A stretch of 64,000 bases of DNA from Thalia democratica (lineage: Eukaryota): contig OZ241829.1 of the NCBI GenBank assembly GCA_965202585.1, positions 84,072,001 to 84,136,000 on the forward strand, read 5' to 3'. Positions 25,301 through 37,015 of this stretch are shown piece by piece. Under the pieces are notes generated by a model. That model ran no database searches, had not been told where the DNA came from, and was given only the letters and a program-made list of their open reading frames with translations. Position numbers and translations under genes: made by a program. Position 1 is the stretch's first letter. Each line of letters opens with the position of its first letter.

Positions 25301-26340
25301 TTTGGGGTTTGTGCACAAATATGAGAACTGGCAAGGTAAGACTTAGAGTTTCCAAAATAATTGTTTTCAAATTGAACTTGATTTATTTGATAATTGTTAA
25401 TAGTAAATCTAAAAAAATTCCTCTTAGTAAAATTTAATTAAGCTGTGTTAAAGAGTTGAACTTGAAAGTTAAATAACCTTTAGCATGCTTAACCGAATGG
25501 TGTAACAAAAAATTATATGAAAAGCATGCATATAACCTAATTTTATGTTTTGGACTAGATACATTTTATGTTCTAAGTTTGCATCTAGCCAAAGTATTTC
25601 TAGATTTTGTTCACAACTAGTCATGCTACTTGTAAAAGTACATACCATTCAAAAAATTAATATTACTTACTTTGCAAACTTTGTCTTGCATTCTAACATG
25701 TCTGTATGGATATTAATATTAAATTTATTTATTTCAAAGGCAACAATGTTTAACCCAAAAGGGTTCTCCAAGCCTGCAAAATAAAAAATTAAGAAGATGA
25801 ATAACTAAAAAAAAGTTTTTAAATAGCAATTTTACAAGTAATGATATGTTTTATACAGTTTTAGATATAGCTTATAACAACACAAATCAAAATTTGCATT
25901 TAACAAACAAAAGAAAGGTAAAATTTAATAAGCATAAACAAAATTAACAGCTATAAATGCAATAAGTTATAAAGTAGAATTTTGTTAAGTGTGGACAGGT
26001 GTAAAAAGTTTTTGTCTTTGATTTAAATTTTGTTTTTTGTCAGCAAGTGATATCTCAATTATTTTCAGGTTAGAGATCTTACTTACGTTCTTAAATTCTC
26101 CAATCTTATGCATAATTTTCCATTAAGTTAGTAGCATTGTTATTTAATTTCCAAATGTACTTGAAAAGTTCTGTTAAAAATAATTTTCATGCTCTAGTTT
26201 TTAAAATGTTAATCAATTACATCCAAGAAATTTTTCACAATTTTAGCTGATTGTTTTAACTGATTAGCATTGGGGATTAGTATTGGGGGCTTGAAGAACA
26301 TAACATTCCTTTAAAAAAGGTTGGGAACAGCAATCACAAT
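22350..26340 (-). CDS. Possible unidentified multi-exon gene (best exons 25671-25773 and 24081-24170)
   Basis: 25671-25773 has acceptor ttttattttgcag and donor gtaagt and reads LENPFGLNIVAFEINKFNINIHTDMLECKTKFA. 24081-24170 has cag and gtacaa and reads GLPSLLNIYVCMNWKKLLAKGALFRWSLGE. No family recognised and no full model built. Confidence 0.3.
22697..23048. mobile_element. MITE, CAGGGTTGCCA-type termini, 6-bp TSD (tattat)
   Basis: cagggttgcca...tgacaacgctg with tattat on both sides. A related copy is at 24329-24721 and a right end only at ~49580-49663. Confidence 0.65.
24329..24721. mobile_element. MITE, CAGGGTTGCCA-type termini
   Basis: cagggttgcca...tggcaacctcg, with internal similarity to 22697-23048. 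Confidence 0.6.
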
Positions 26341-28699
26341 GTTAATTTGAATGTACTTTTTAATTTCTCTAACTATTTGCATTGTACCCGGGGACTACAA
26401 CTGTATCCCTTTAATATTTAAATGTCTTTCTTATTTTTCGAATCTGTCCCTTAATCTTTCAAGTATATTATTGAAGCTGGATTTGCTAGTTCTGTCTTTT
26501 CATCAAATTTCATATTGAAAGTAAAGGTGTGGTTTACAGGCTGTTTTCCATCGTATGAACAAAAAGAAAAACCTAAATTTGATATACCTAATTATTGTAC
26601 TTGACTAAATAAATTATTGACTAAATACTAGTTCATGATTATAGAACTTGAAATTTTTTATGAAAAAAGTTTTCATAGTTTACCTATCATTTTTAATACA
26701 ATTATAATTTTGGACCTTAGAAAGACTTGTTTGTATAAACTCTTGTTGGAAGGACTCTATTAATTTAAAACTTTAAGATTTCTGTTAAAATAAAATAATA
26801 ATTTAGATTGATGTGTTAATGAACTTTTACATTGACTGTTTTATTTTTAATGCATCCTATGTAGATTAGTTAGCGATAATTTTGGTAACGTTATCTTTTG
26901 TTTGTAAGACTTTTTTATTAAAATTAATTAAATTAGATTTCAATTTATATTTGAATTGGAACCTACTTTCTTACAAATCATGAAATAATGAAACTTGCAG
27001 AAACCTACTTAAAGTCTTTCAAGATACGTATTTTTAGAAATTTTCTCAGTTAAAAAAACGAAATGATTTCTTACATAATTCTCTTATTGACTAGTGAATG
27101 TAGACATTGTTATAGTGTCTTGTTTTATTTTGATAAGTTACTAAAACTTACTTGAACTATTTTGGCAGAGAACTATCTCAAAATTTATATTTTCATTATT
27201 CACTACTCATATTATTATTGTCGAAGTTTATTGTCAAACGAAGGACCTAGGCATTAATATTGCCACTTGAACTGAAAGACACTAACATAAAAAGAAAAAA
27301 ACAATTACAGTTTTAAAATTAACATATAACTATAAGGTATAAACTGAAAAAACTTTTATAACTAAAATATTCAAACGATTCCAAAGCTATTAATTTCAAT
27401 TATATATTCAAAAACAATAGTATTATGAAATAAGCACCTCTTTTCAAATTTTTTTAGAACCTGGCTCGAAATTCTAGGAAGTCAACCATTCTTCATCTAA
27501 CAATAAATTATAGAACGGTATTTATTTTAAGATAGATATTTTTATCTTGTAGAATATTGATCTCAACAATTATTCGTTATTCATCATTTTTTCAAATTTA
27601 ATTTTATTTCAAATGTTTTTTGCTCCACCTCATTCAGAAATTCTCATTCAGACCAGGTCATTTAATCTAAGAATTAATGAGTAAATACAAATTACATTTA
27701 AACAAATAAAAGTTAAACATCTCCAGCTCCTCTTCTTTTGTTTCCCAACTTTCCGGTACATGGTTGGGGTAGAACGTTTCAAACCGAATGTTGAAACTAA
27801 AAGGCGTTTCTCGTACTTGCAGTCCAACTTGAATAAAAAATAATTCACGTTTTTCTAAATCACGGTGCTTGCTGTGTCTTATTGTGTTAGTAGATTTCAT
27901 AATAATTTGTTTGGCTCATCTCTACATGCCACGTATTTGTCTCATGAGCTTAACTATTATTTGTTTTTTATATTCTTAGACTACATTGTATTTAAACTCA
28001 TAAAGTGTCTTGTCTTTATTGCTGAAATAAATACCAACTTTGCTTGTAATAAAAATAACAAGTAAGTCTTCAACATAATTGTTATGGCGCACTGGCAAAC
28101 TCTATTTTTTCTCAACTGGTAAACATTGCTTCTGTATTTGTAAAGTTGTAAACTCATTTAACTTCATTTTCATCATCTTCAGAAGAAGGTTTTGTTATTT
28201 CCTGTTTAGTTGTGTAGTTTTGGGTTCATAGGCATCTTAACATAGTTGGTCAAGTTGGGTGCAGCTTTTTTGCTGAACCTTTTTACATATAGACAATTCT
28301 CATTTAGACCAGCTTCTCTTCTTTTGTTTCCTAACTTTCCAGCACATTGTTTGGGGCGTAGAACGTATAAAACCAGAAGTTAAAATCAAAGGGGGTCTCC
28401 AACGCCTGCATTCCGACTTGAATAACAAATAATTAACGTTTTTCTCAATCACCGTGCTTGCTGTGTCTTCAGATTTGCATACTAATTTGTTTGGCTTATC
28501 TCTCCATGCCACGTATTTAACCCATGAACTTTATTAAATTTCGTTTTTATACAACAAGTATTTTAACGAAGTTGAAGGCTTTTGTCAACCTAAATGTAGG
28601 TTTTGTGGTTAAAATTAATTTATTTTCCATCCAAGTTTTCAACTATGTAAAAGGTCCTTAATGAATTACTTTTCTTGTTTTTGACTTCAAGTTGATTGT

Positions 28700-29200
28700 T
28701 AATGGAAAACTAGTTAATAGAGATGTTATTTTATCTAAACCTAAATGGTTGCAAATTAATAAATCGAGCATGTTTCCATTTTTGTGAGTTGGTTTTTTAA
28801 GTTGTGAAATTATCTGTGCAGAAATCAAGAAAAAAATTATTAAAGATTTATTAAAGCTTGTACAAGGAATTTTCTAGTTTAGGTTTGGCAGATTGAAATC
28901 CTCAAGAATAAAAAAAGAATAGCTATCCGGCAAAAACAAGTTAATCAGTTTAATTACATTTTTAACAGTTAGGGCGCATTTTGCAGCCAGTGGAGGAAGG
29001 TAGATACACAAAAATCTTATTTAAGTCTATTTTAACATCACATCTATAAATAAATATTCAAAGCCAAGGATATTAATGAAGTTAAAACTTTTTTAACACT
29101 AAAAACTTCAAATCATTCAGAATTCATGTTAAAGATTTTGTAGAGTTAAGTTGATTTCAGAAAATGTTTGTTTAGCAGTTTTAGGTCTTAACTGATTCGC
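28700..29200 (-). mobile_element. CR1/L2 LINE endonuclease (APE) relic
   Basis: FVYLPSS, FILEDFNLPNLN and KPTHKNGNMLDLLICN appear across shifted frames. Confidence 0.7.
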
Positions 29201-29302
29201 AAAAAGGTGGGTTATAGTATATGCATTATATTTTTCTGTTTTTTTTTTAATTATTTTTTGAAAGTTTTCATTAATCTTTCTAAGTTGCTTATGTCCAAGT
29301 TC

Positions 29303-29752
29303 TTATAATAATAAGGCCCGCTATCAGCCGAGATCGGCTATGCGTGTTGTGCACAGAGAAAAAAATAAAAAAATTACATGTTTAAAAAAAATTACATGTT
29401 TAAAAAAAAAAAAAACATACACAGTGATGCAGTAAACAAAACACAAACACACAAAAAAAACAATTAAATTCATTCTGCTTCTTATTTCTTCATCTTCTTC
29501 TTCGTTTTTCCAAAACATTCCTTTTCTCTTTCTTGCAGTCTTTTGTGTATAGTTGATCTCCATTTGGCACGGTCATTTGCAAGCAACTCCCAATCATCAG
29601 TTCCAATGTTCAAGCTTTTTAGGTCGCGCTTGCATACATCCTTAAAACGTAATTTTGGACGTCCTCGGCTTCGTTTGCCAACGACCAACTCGCCATACAA
29701 TAGAAACTTTGGGATCCGCTCAGTATTCATTCTCAGGATATGACCGAGCCAG
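29303..29752 (-). mobile_element. RTE-clade LINE 3' end (RT C-terminus, 3'UTR, short TAT-repeat tail)
   Basis: ORF 29482-29730 reads RIPKFLLYGELVVGKRSRGRPKLRFKDVCKRDLK...DRAKWR. ~90 bp are near-identical to 57962-58052. Confidence 0.88.
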
Positions 29753-29876
29753 AATCCAAGTTCTACTACCTTACAATTTATGCACTGTGTAAAGTGAAAG
29801 AAACAACCTTAAGCAATATTATTGAAATTTTCATTAATGGCAGCCCTTTCAAAATCAGTGTGTCATCCAACAGGAG

Positions 29877-30466
29877 TTAGACTTACATTATCAAGTAGTA
29901 AATTAATCAAACTCCTATATGTTGCTTAGACTTACATTATCAAGTAGTAAATTAATCAAACTCCTATATGTTGCTTAGACTTACATTATCAAGTAGTATT
30001 TTAATCAAACTCCTATATGTTGCTTAGACTTACATTATCAAGTAGTAAACTAATCAAACTCCTATATGTTGCTTAGACTTACATTATCAAGTAGTAAACT
30101 AATCAAACTCCTATATGTTGCTTAGACTTACATTATCAAGTAGTAAATTAATCAAACTCCTATATGTTGCTTAGACTTACATTATCAAGTAGTAAATTAA
30201 TCAAACTCCTATATGTTGCTTAGACTTACATTATCAAGTAGTAAATTAATCAAACTCCTATATGTTGCTTAGACTTACATTATCAAGTAGTAAACTAATC
30301 AAACTCCTATATGTTGCTTAGACTTACATTATCAAGTAGTAAATTAATCAAACTCCTATATGTTGCTTAGACCTACATTATTAAGTAGTTAATTAATCAA
30401 ACTCCTATATGTTGCTTAGACTTACATTATCAAGTAGTGATTCAATCAAAATTCCTAAATGTTGCT
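29877..30466. repeat. Minisatellite, 49-bp unit x12
   Basis: The unit ttagacttacattatcaagtagtaaattaatcaaactcctatatgttgc restarts every 49 bp from 29877 to 30416, with no unique spacers. Confidence 0.97.
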
Positions 30467-30523
30467 TACCTTTTATTAGGAAACAAACAATAAACTAATG
30501 GAACCACTGACCCTTAGCTTTTT

Positions 30524-30960
30524 CTAATAATTAAAAAAAATAAATAATTCCTCCATTAAAATCTGTATGTTTTTTTCCCAACCCAAACTTTCATTTTCAT
30601 CGGCTTTAATTTCAATTTCTGCAGATAAAATACTAATATTTTTTAGTTCTTCTATTGCAAATTGTATGCAGAGCAAGCCACAACTGGTGTCATCTTGTAG
30701 AATAGAATGATCAATAGTTTTTATTTCCCATTCCTTATCAAATACCCATGTCCTTTTACATTTGGGTTCTATTGTATTATGCTCCGTTTGATTATGTAAT
30801 TCTGCAAACCAATTCACAATATCTTGTCCAAACTGTTGATCTGCAGAATTTTTCATTCGATCTTAAATGTATAAAATATTTTTGTGTTTGTCAAACATAA
30901 TAAATATCTAGTGTTTCTGCTCATTTGCAAATCTTTTTAAACCCTTTTTATAGATTGTGT
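30524..30960 (-). pseudogene. Ulp1/C48 SUMO-protease-like gene, most complete copy, with nonsense lesions
   Basis: EQKH*IFIMFDKHKNILYI*DRMKNS...W.IKTIDHSILQDDTSCGLLCIQFA gives the His...Asp...Gln-x-Asp-x-x-Ser-Cys-Gly order (Cys codon 30680-30682). Confidence 0.72.
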
Positions 30961-31179
30961 TCAACTAGTTTTTTTTTTTAAAGGACTATCTCTATTATCA
31001 CCTCACAAATTATTATTTTTATCTTTTAACATACACATGTTTCTTAAGATTTTCTAAATTCAATAAATGAATTGATTATCTGTTTATTTTTAGTAATGAT
31101 TTAAGTTTATTTTCTAATCACTTGCACAAACTGTATTTTGGTGTTCCTATGGCTGATAAGACTGGTTGTTGTAGAGGGT

Positions 31180-31540
31180 AAGGACCAACGTCTTCATTGT
31201 ATATTGATAGGTCGCTCATAAGTAATATTCTGCAAATTGGTCCAAGCGTGTTTATCACGACCATAGTTGCCTTTTTACATTATAGCGTTGCAGATAAATG
31301 TGCGACTCCAGTATTTTCATCTATCAGGTGGTTGCTTCCATTCATATTTCCATGAATGACTTGCTGCAAGACTACCCTGACTTCCGTCTGATGTTTGTTT
31401 TTCTTGAAACAATTATCCAACTGGATTTCGAAGATTTTCTTAATCCTAATTTGAGACGATAAACTGTTGTTGTTTGTAACTGGGAGGTTGTTTGTGTCAG
31501 CAATAATCCACATAAATGTCAATTAAGAATATAAAATAAG
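31180..31540 (-). mobile_element. hAT-like (ZNF862/C17orf113-type) transposase N-terminal relic
   Basis: QTEVRVVLQQVIHGN...SATL*CKKATMVVINTLGPICR aligns with 54167-54450. Confidence 0.55.
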
Positions 31541-31759
31541 CAGGTTGCTGTTGCCCATACATCACCTGGTTTACTTATTATATATTCAATTATTTTACTA
31601 CGCTTCACGGTGTCTCGCTGCTCTCATAAACCTTTAACCTACACTTTGTTTCCTCGTCTATCGACGCTTGTCAAGTTCGACGCTTTTATTGCCAAATAAA
31701 ATTTAGTATTACAATTTAATTTGTTTTAAATTTAATCAATTTATGACGAAGCTACTTTT

Positions 31760-32450
31760 TTAATCTCCATCTAACTGATGGATTCAAGATAAATTTCAAT
31801 GACAAATGGGTTAAGAGATTTAAAGCTACGAGGTCGCATTTTTCAGCGCCGTGGAATGAGTTGACGTGGACGTCAAAGTTGTAATTGCCGTTGGTTTTTC
31901 TATTTTCAAACTTTCTAAACTTTAACTTATAAAAAAATTATTCTACTTGTTTGACTATTGGGACGATTCGTTCTATTCCCCGGTACCGTGTACTCAATGT
32001 TCACGTAGCTAACCTTCACCTTGTACAACCTCGTTGTTTGGAATTCTCTTTTTTTAATAAATGTTTGCCTCATTAAAGTTGCTACACTGGAACCTTAAAA
32101 GTTATAAATAATCTTGAATATTCTCTATCTTCAATTTTTTTAGTTTTTTATACAACAAGTATTTCAACGAAACTAAATGCACTGCGTCAATCTCTTTGTA
32201 GCCCTTATGGTTCAAATCAATTTAATTTTTCATCCACGTTTTTAACTATGTAAAAGGTAACTTCTTTCTCCTTTTAGTTTTATTGTTATGGTTATTGACT
32301 CATTGACAATTTATTTTTGTGAGCAAGTGAGAGTCAAACTTAATTGTTCATAATTTTAAAATATATGTAGCAACCAAATAAATTCCTGATGTCTCTCTGC
32401 GACTATCGCTTGTTGGAAACAACTTCCGGGAGAATTGGGAACTCAACATT
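31760..32450 (-). mobile_element. Penelope-like RT relic (same family as 38400-39215)
   Basis: NFDVHVNSFHGAEKCDLVALNLL resembles FDVPMGSYDGAEVCELVGLYLL. DNA similarity to 38790-39215 and 51830-52130. Confidence 0.65.
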
Positions 32451-32500
32451 TGAGGTAAATGACCATAAGGTAATGCTTTCTTTTAAAAGAAGATAGAAAC

Positions 32501-35500
32501 TACGGGTAGGGAGTACAGCACATTTTTTTGGTCATGTTGTAAAATCTATATGAGGAGTCTTGATTTGGATGTGTTTTGGTATCATTAAAAAGAATTAAAA
32601 AAAAAATTGAAAAAATTTCTAAAAAACAAAATTGCACCCCAAAAAACTGATCTGGACCCCAAAAATCACATAATGTTTGATTTTTTGACTTAAATAGTTA
32701 TAAAGTCACTCATACACGTCCTAGACTTATATTTTATATCTTAAATGAAAGCTAATAATTATAGGCATACACTTAATGACATTTCAACTGCTTTTGGAAT
32801 ATTATGACGTCATAATTGCACAAAATATGTAAATTTTATCTCTAAAATGGTGCATTTTGAAAGATTAAGAAGCATAGCTGGTTGTCTAATCTAATTAAAA
32901 TAAAATATTTTAAAATAAAACTTTGTAGATATACTTACTTACGTTTAAAGTTTAGGTGATGTTGTATGTATATTAATGGGATATTTGATGTCATAATTCA
33001 TTTAGCTATAAGTATTTAAAAATAAACCTAAGAATGTTATTCAATTTGCATTACAACAACATAACGAATTACAAAAAAATTATAATTTATTATAGGCAAC
33101 ATAATGTTGTATGGCATTAAACATTAAGTTAATGATTGCAAAACAAATAGAGACTAGTATAATAAAGAAATAAAGAACATTGCATAATAAAACGAACATT
33201 GCACTGTATCATTTAGTATTAACACTTAAGATTACTGCAAAATGACTGATAAAATACTAGTATAAAATAACTGTCAAATGATTGATAAAAATCCAACTGA
33301 CTATATGTACATAATACTCATAAAAATACATAAAAACTACTTTTTAACTTTATGTAAAAGACATCTGTTCTACTATTAAATCTATTTGGACATGGTTTCT
33401 CAGTGAAAAAGTAATAGATCTTTCATTAGAAACATCCCATTTCCCATCAACTTTATAATCAAGAATAGAATCTAAATGCAAGTTTAGCAAATCACGTTTA
33501 GGTGGGTGTTTCGACTTCGAATTTCTTCTGTCTTGAACTCTCATGAGGTGGTCCATCTTATAAGTCCCATCATCATTTTTTCCTTCACACATAGCAATAT
33601 ACCATGTGTCTGATGACCCTTCACTAATTAATGTGACATAAAAATTCCCTTCCATAATATCTTCATTTTTTTCTTTCTGTATATTGGGGGAAGAACCCCC
33701 TACATTTAATAATGCATCAGTGTTTGTTGGTAAAGAACATAGAGAGCACTCATCATTTCTGCAACAAGAGCACATAAGTTTAGAAGTCTTTCTTCCTGAG
33801 TATTACCATTAACTTTAAAAAGTTCAGAATTGTATAACACTTCAGATTTGTGAGACTCTCTAAAGTATATTAACTCATTACGAACAATAACTTCATTTCG
33901 ATCAGGATGAAATTTTAAAATAGAACGCAGCTCTTCCACGCTCACTACAGGCCCACCCCATTTTTTACACAGTTTGAGACGTTTCTGCACATATTGATCC
34001 CTTTTTTTCCCTTTTTCACTTTTTTCATTAATCTGTTTGAGCTTTAAATTTTTTTGATCTGCTACCCACCTTTGCTCCATCTCATTCAGAAATCTAACAA
34101 CTTTATTAATTTTTTTTTTCATTTAAAGTTTGAAAAGAATCAGATATAAGTAATGTACAGTCATTTCTTATCCCTTTTGCTGTGAATTGTTGGTTTCTAA
34201 ACTTTGCACTGCTGCTCGCCTTCCAAAACCAGCAAGGTGTCTTTCAGATTCCAAGTTGTTTGTTGGGAGTCCAACCAGTTCTTCATTACTTAATAGGTTG
34301 AGCTCAGTAGCACGTGGTGGATTTGAAAAACAAAACATTCCAAAACCATATTCTCTACCTGTTTGGCGATCAAAAACTTGAGCGGCATGGAGACACATCT
34401 TCTTAAGAATTTTACAACATATCTCAGAAGTTGGGTTTAACACTTTAATATGTGGATAATGTACAACATAGGCATCCAAAGTATTCATTATTCCATTGCT
34501 AAGATCTTCGTATAGTTTAGGAAATACTTTAAGAAGGTCTTGTTAAGAGCTAACCTCAACAAAGTGTAGAAATGGTAGTGTTACCTTGTGAGTTAAGTAA
34601 GAAAGTGCCTCAAGTTCAGTCATTAGAAATTCAGAGTCAAGCAGTCGTTTGACAACTTCCACATGCTGGTTGCTTAGGTGCGTTTCATTTATAAGCATGC
34701 AAATAAACGGAAGGCTTTGCAAAATAGATGAGGCAGAATACCCAAGTTTGGTAAACCTGCGTTCGTGATAGATTGCAAGGCGGTTAACTTGGTTTTCTCT
34801 GTTTAAAATGTAGTCAAAGAGATCTGCTTGATTTGTACTGTGCGCTGACTTTTCATGACTGACCAAACTTAATATTGATGAAATTGCACACTCAGCTATA
34901 CTTTTTTTTCCTCGCAAAAATGTTTTAACCGATGGATTTAAAGCTTGAAGCTTTTTTCGAAAATCTAACTTTGATTCTATTTCAGCCAATATTGTCAAGT
35001 TAGAACAATCAAAGGCCTTCACTGGATGGGATTTGCACAACAAATGAGTTGGTGGTGGAACAGTTGATTTAAAAACTTTAGAAACTTCCTCCCCAATGGT
35101 TAAGTTTTTGCTAACAGAATCTGTCATGATCAAAGTTGTATTTTGTCAAAGCTGAACAGGCTTAACTGATTCTTGGGAAGAAACAGTTAAACCAGACAAA
35201 ATTTGCATATTTTGTGCAATTATGACGTCATAATATATCAAAAGCAGTTGAAATGTCATTAAAGGTATGCCTATAATTAAAAGCTTTCATTTAAGATATA
35301 ATATATAAGTCTAGGACATGTATGAGTGACTTTATTACTATTTAAGTCGAAAAATCAAAAATTATGTGATTTTTGGGGTCCAGATCAGTTTTTTGGGGTG
35401 CAATTTTTTTTTTTAGGAATTTTTTCAATTTTTTTTTAAATTCTTCTTAATTAGACCAAACCACATCCAAATCAAGACTCCTCATGTGTCTAGCAAACAT

Positions 35501-35523
35501 CACCCAAGTACTCCCTACCCCTA
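32501..35523 (-). mobile_element. 3.0-kb DNA transposon with ~335-bp TIRs, 7-bp TSD and a decayed, 5'-deleted DDE transposase (hAT-like)
   Basis: TIRs at 32501-~32840 and ~35194-35523 (TA[C/G]GGGTAGGGAGTAC...). tagaaac lies at 32494-32500 and 35524-35530. ORFs 34543-35133, 34168-34488, 33706-34122 and 33350-33775 carry MTDS, HLLCKSH, ERRFTKLG, PTNNLESERH and CKKWGGP. One in-frame stop and several frameshifts. Confidence 0.85.
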
Positions 35524-36149
35524 TAGAAACTTGCAAAATTTTACATTAAAAAAAGGTTTTTATTCTTTTCATCATTAAACTGGTTATGACCACCATAAAC
35601 TCTGCTATATTCCAGATTTAGGTACATGTCGTAAGCTTTATTTTCGCGGGCTTTTTGATCACTTTAACTTTTGTAAGCCTTAATAATTAAAAAATTCTTC
35701 TTCCAATCGTCTGTATCAACGTGAAGCGTGTGAATCACAATTTAATAAAACAAATGTTAAGATATAATGAGTATATTACAAAATAGATATTTTTTCTTAA
35801 TTTTTATGATTGGAACTCAATAGTCACGTTTTCATCTTAGATCACCATAATCCAGAGCAACAAAATTTACAGCTACATATCTTTATTATATTCACTTAAA
35901 TTAAATATTAAACCAATTAACCACTGATGTTTGCCAAGTCACTTCTTAACTGTTGTAGCTCCCATTAGTTTTCATCTGATACGACAGGAACAAAACTTAT
36001 GGTGACAAATCTTTCAATCCATTCTTTGTCGTCCATGTTATTTGTAAAACAAACTTTTACATAAAATACGTATATATTCATCTCTTATTTAATAAGTACA
36101 TGTTTGTTAGTTTTTTTAGATTTTTTGGTCGGTGTCAAGCAGAAATTTT

Positions 36150-36425
36150 AGTTTGTACTTTTATTACAATTTGCATTGAATTGTGCAGTAGGATCATATC
36201 ATTTGATCAGTTTCTATTTCTGTGATTCAAGCTTTTCATCGTAACTGTCACAGTACTCTAGAACAAAATTTGATGCCAATTATCTTTCGGATTATTGTTT
36301 GCCTGTTTGATGGAAAATGCTGTTATTTAAAATCTGTGGTTTGTTAAAATTCGTCGTGCGTAAAACAAGTAGTTTTCTCCTTTCTGCGGCTTTTTATATT
36401 TTTGCAGGTCACGAAGTTGTTCCTT
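36150..36425 (-). mobile_element. Possible retrotransposon Gag-like relic
   Basis: LRDLQKYKKPQKGENYLFYARRIL resembles the Q..GE....Y..R Gag motif. Short and degenerate. Confidence 0.3.
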
Positions 36426-36449
36426 AAAAACATTTTTAAGCAAAAAGTA

Positions 36450-36770
36450 TTGCAAGTTCTATGCAGAGTAGGCCACAACTGGTGTCTTCTTGTTGATGAT
36501 TTTTTAATAAAAAACACATAACAATAATAAACTTGAATAATTTATGCAATGTCATCGTACTCAACACCAGTATTGTTGAAACCTTGCAAATTTTTCCCGC
36601 ACCTGGCATGTATTCCGTTATTGTCACTATCAAATACCCATGTGTTTTTGTGTTTGTGTTTTATTGTATCGGAATCCATTTGATTATGTACATCTGCAAA
36701 CCGGCTCACAATATCTTGTTCAAGTTGTTGGTTTGCAGAATTTTTCATTGCATCTAAATGTATAAAACCT
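36450..36770 (-). pseudogene. Ulp1/C48-like fragment
   Basis: DAMKNSANQQLEQDIVSRFADVHNQ...WVFDSDN and QQEDTSCGLLCIELA (ORFs 36542-36748 and 36436-36633). Confidence 0.68.
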
Positions 36771-36849
36771 TAAAGTTTGTTTTATTATTATACGTTTTTA
36801 TACAACAAGTATTTCAACGAAACTAAATGCACTGCGTCAATATCTTTGT

Positions 36850-37015
36850 AGGTTGAGCATTTGTATGAAGCTCCATAAATTAGGATTAGTTCCACTTAAC
36901 ACTCAGTAAAGAGTGCGATGAGCCGCTTTAGCGTAATTGTTGTTTCTCTGACTTCTTGACAGAACACTTTCATGTTGATTCCAAATTTAAATAAGAAAGG
37001 TAGGCTGACTTCTGG
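36850..37015 (-). mobile_element. MULE/Mutator transposase C-terminal relic (copy at ~61110-61230)
   Basis: IWNQHESVLSRSQRNNNYAKAAHR.L...L...NPNLWSFIQML matches the WN....RTNN..E..H...HP.LW.FI motif. Confidence 0.68.

Noticed and set aside
29783-29810. RSS/Transib-like CACTGTG terminus
   Set aside because: It is not conserved in the homologous copy (~46480, cattgag), the nonamer and spacer are poor, and no partner end was found.
29877-30466. CRISPR-like regular array
   Set aside because: The units are head-to-tail with no unique spacers, there are no cas genes and the context is eukaryotic. It is a minisatellite.
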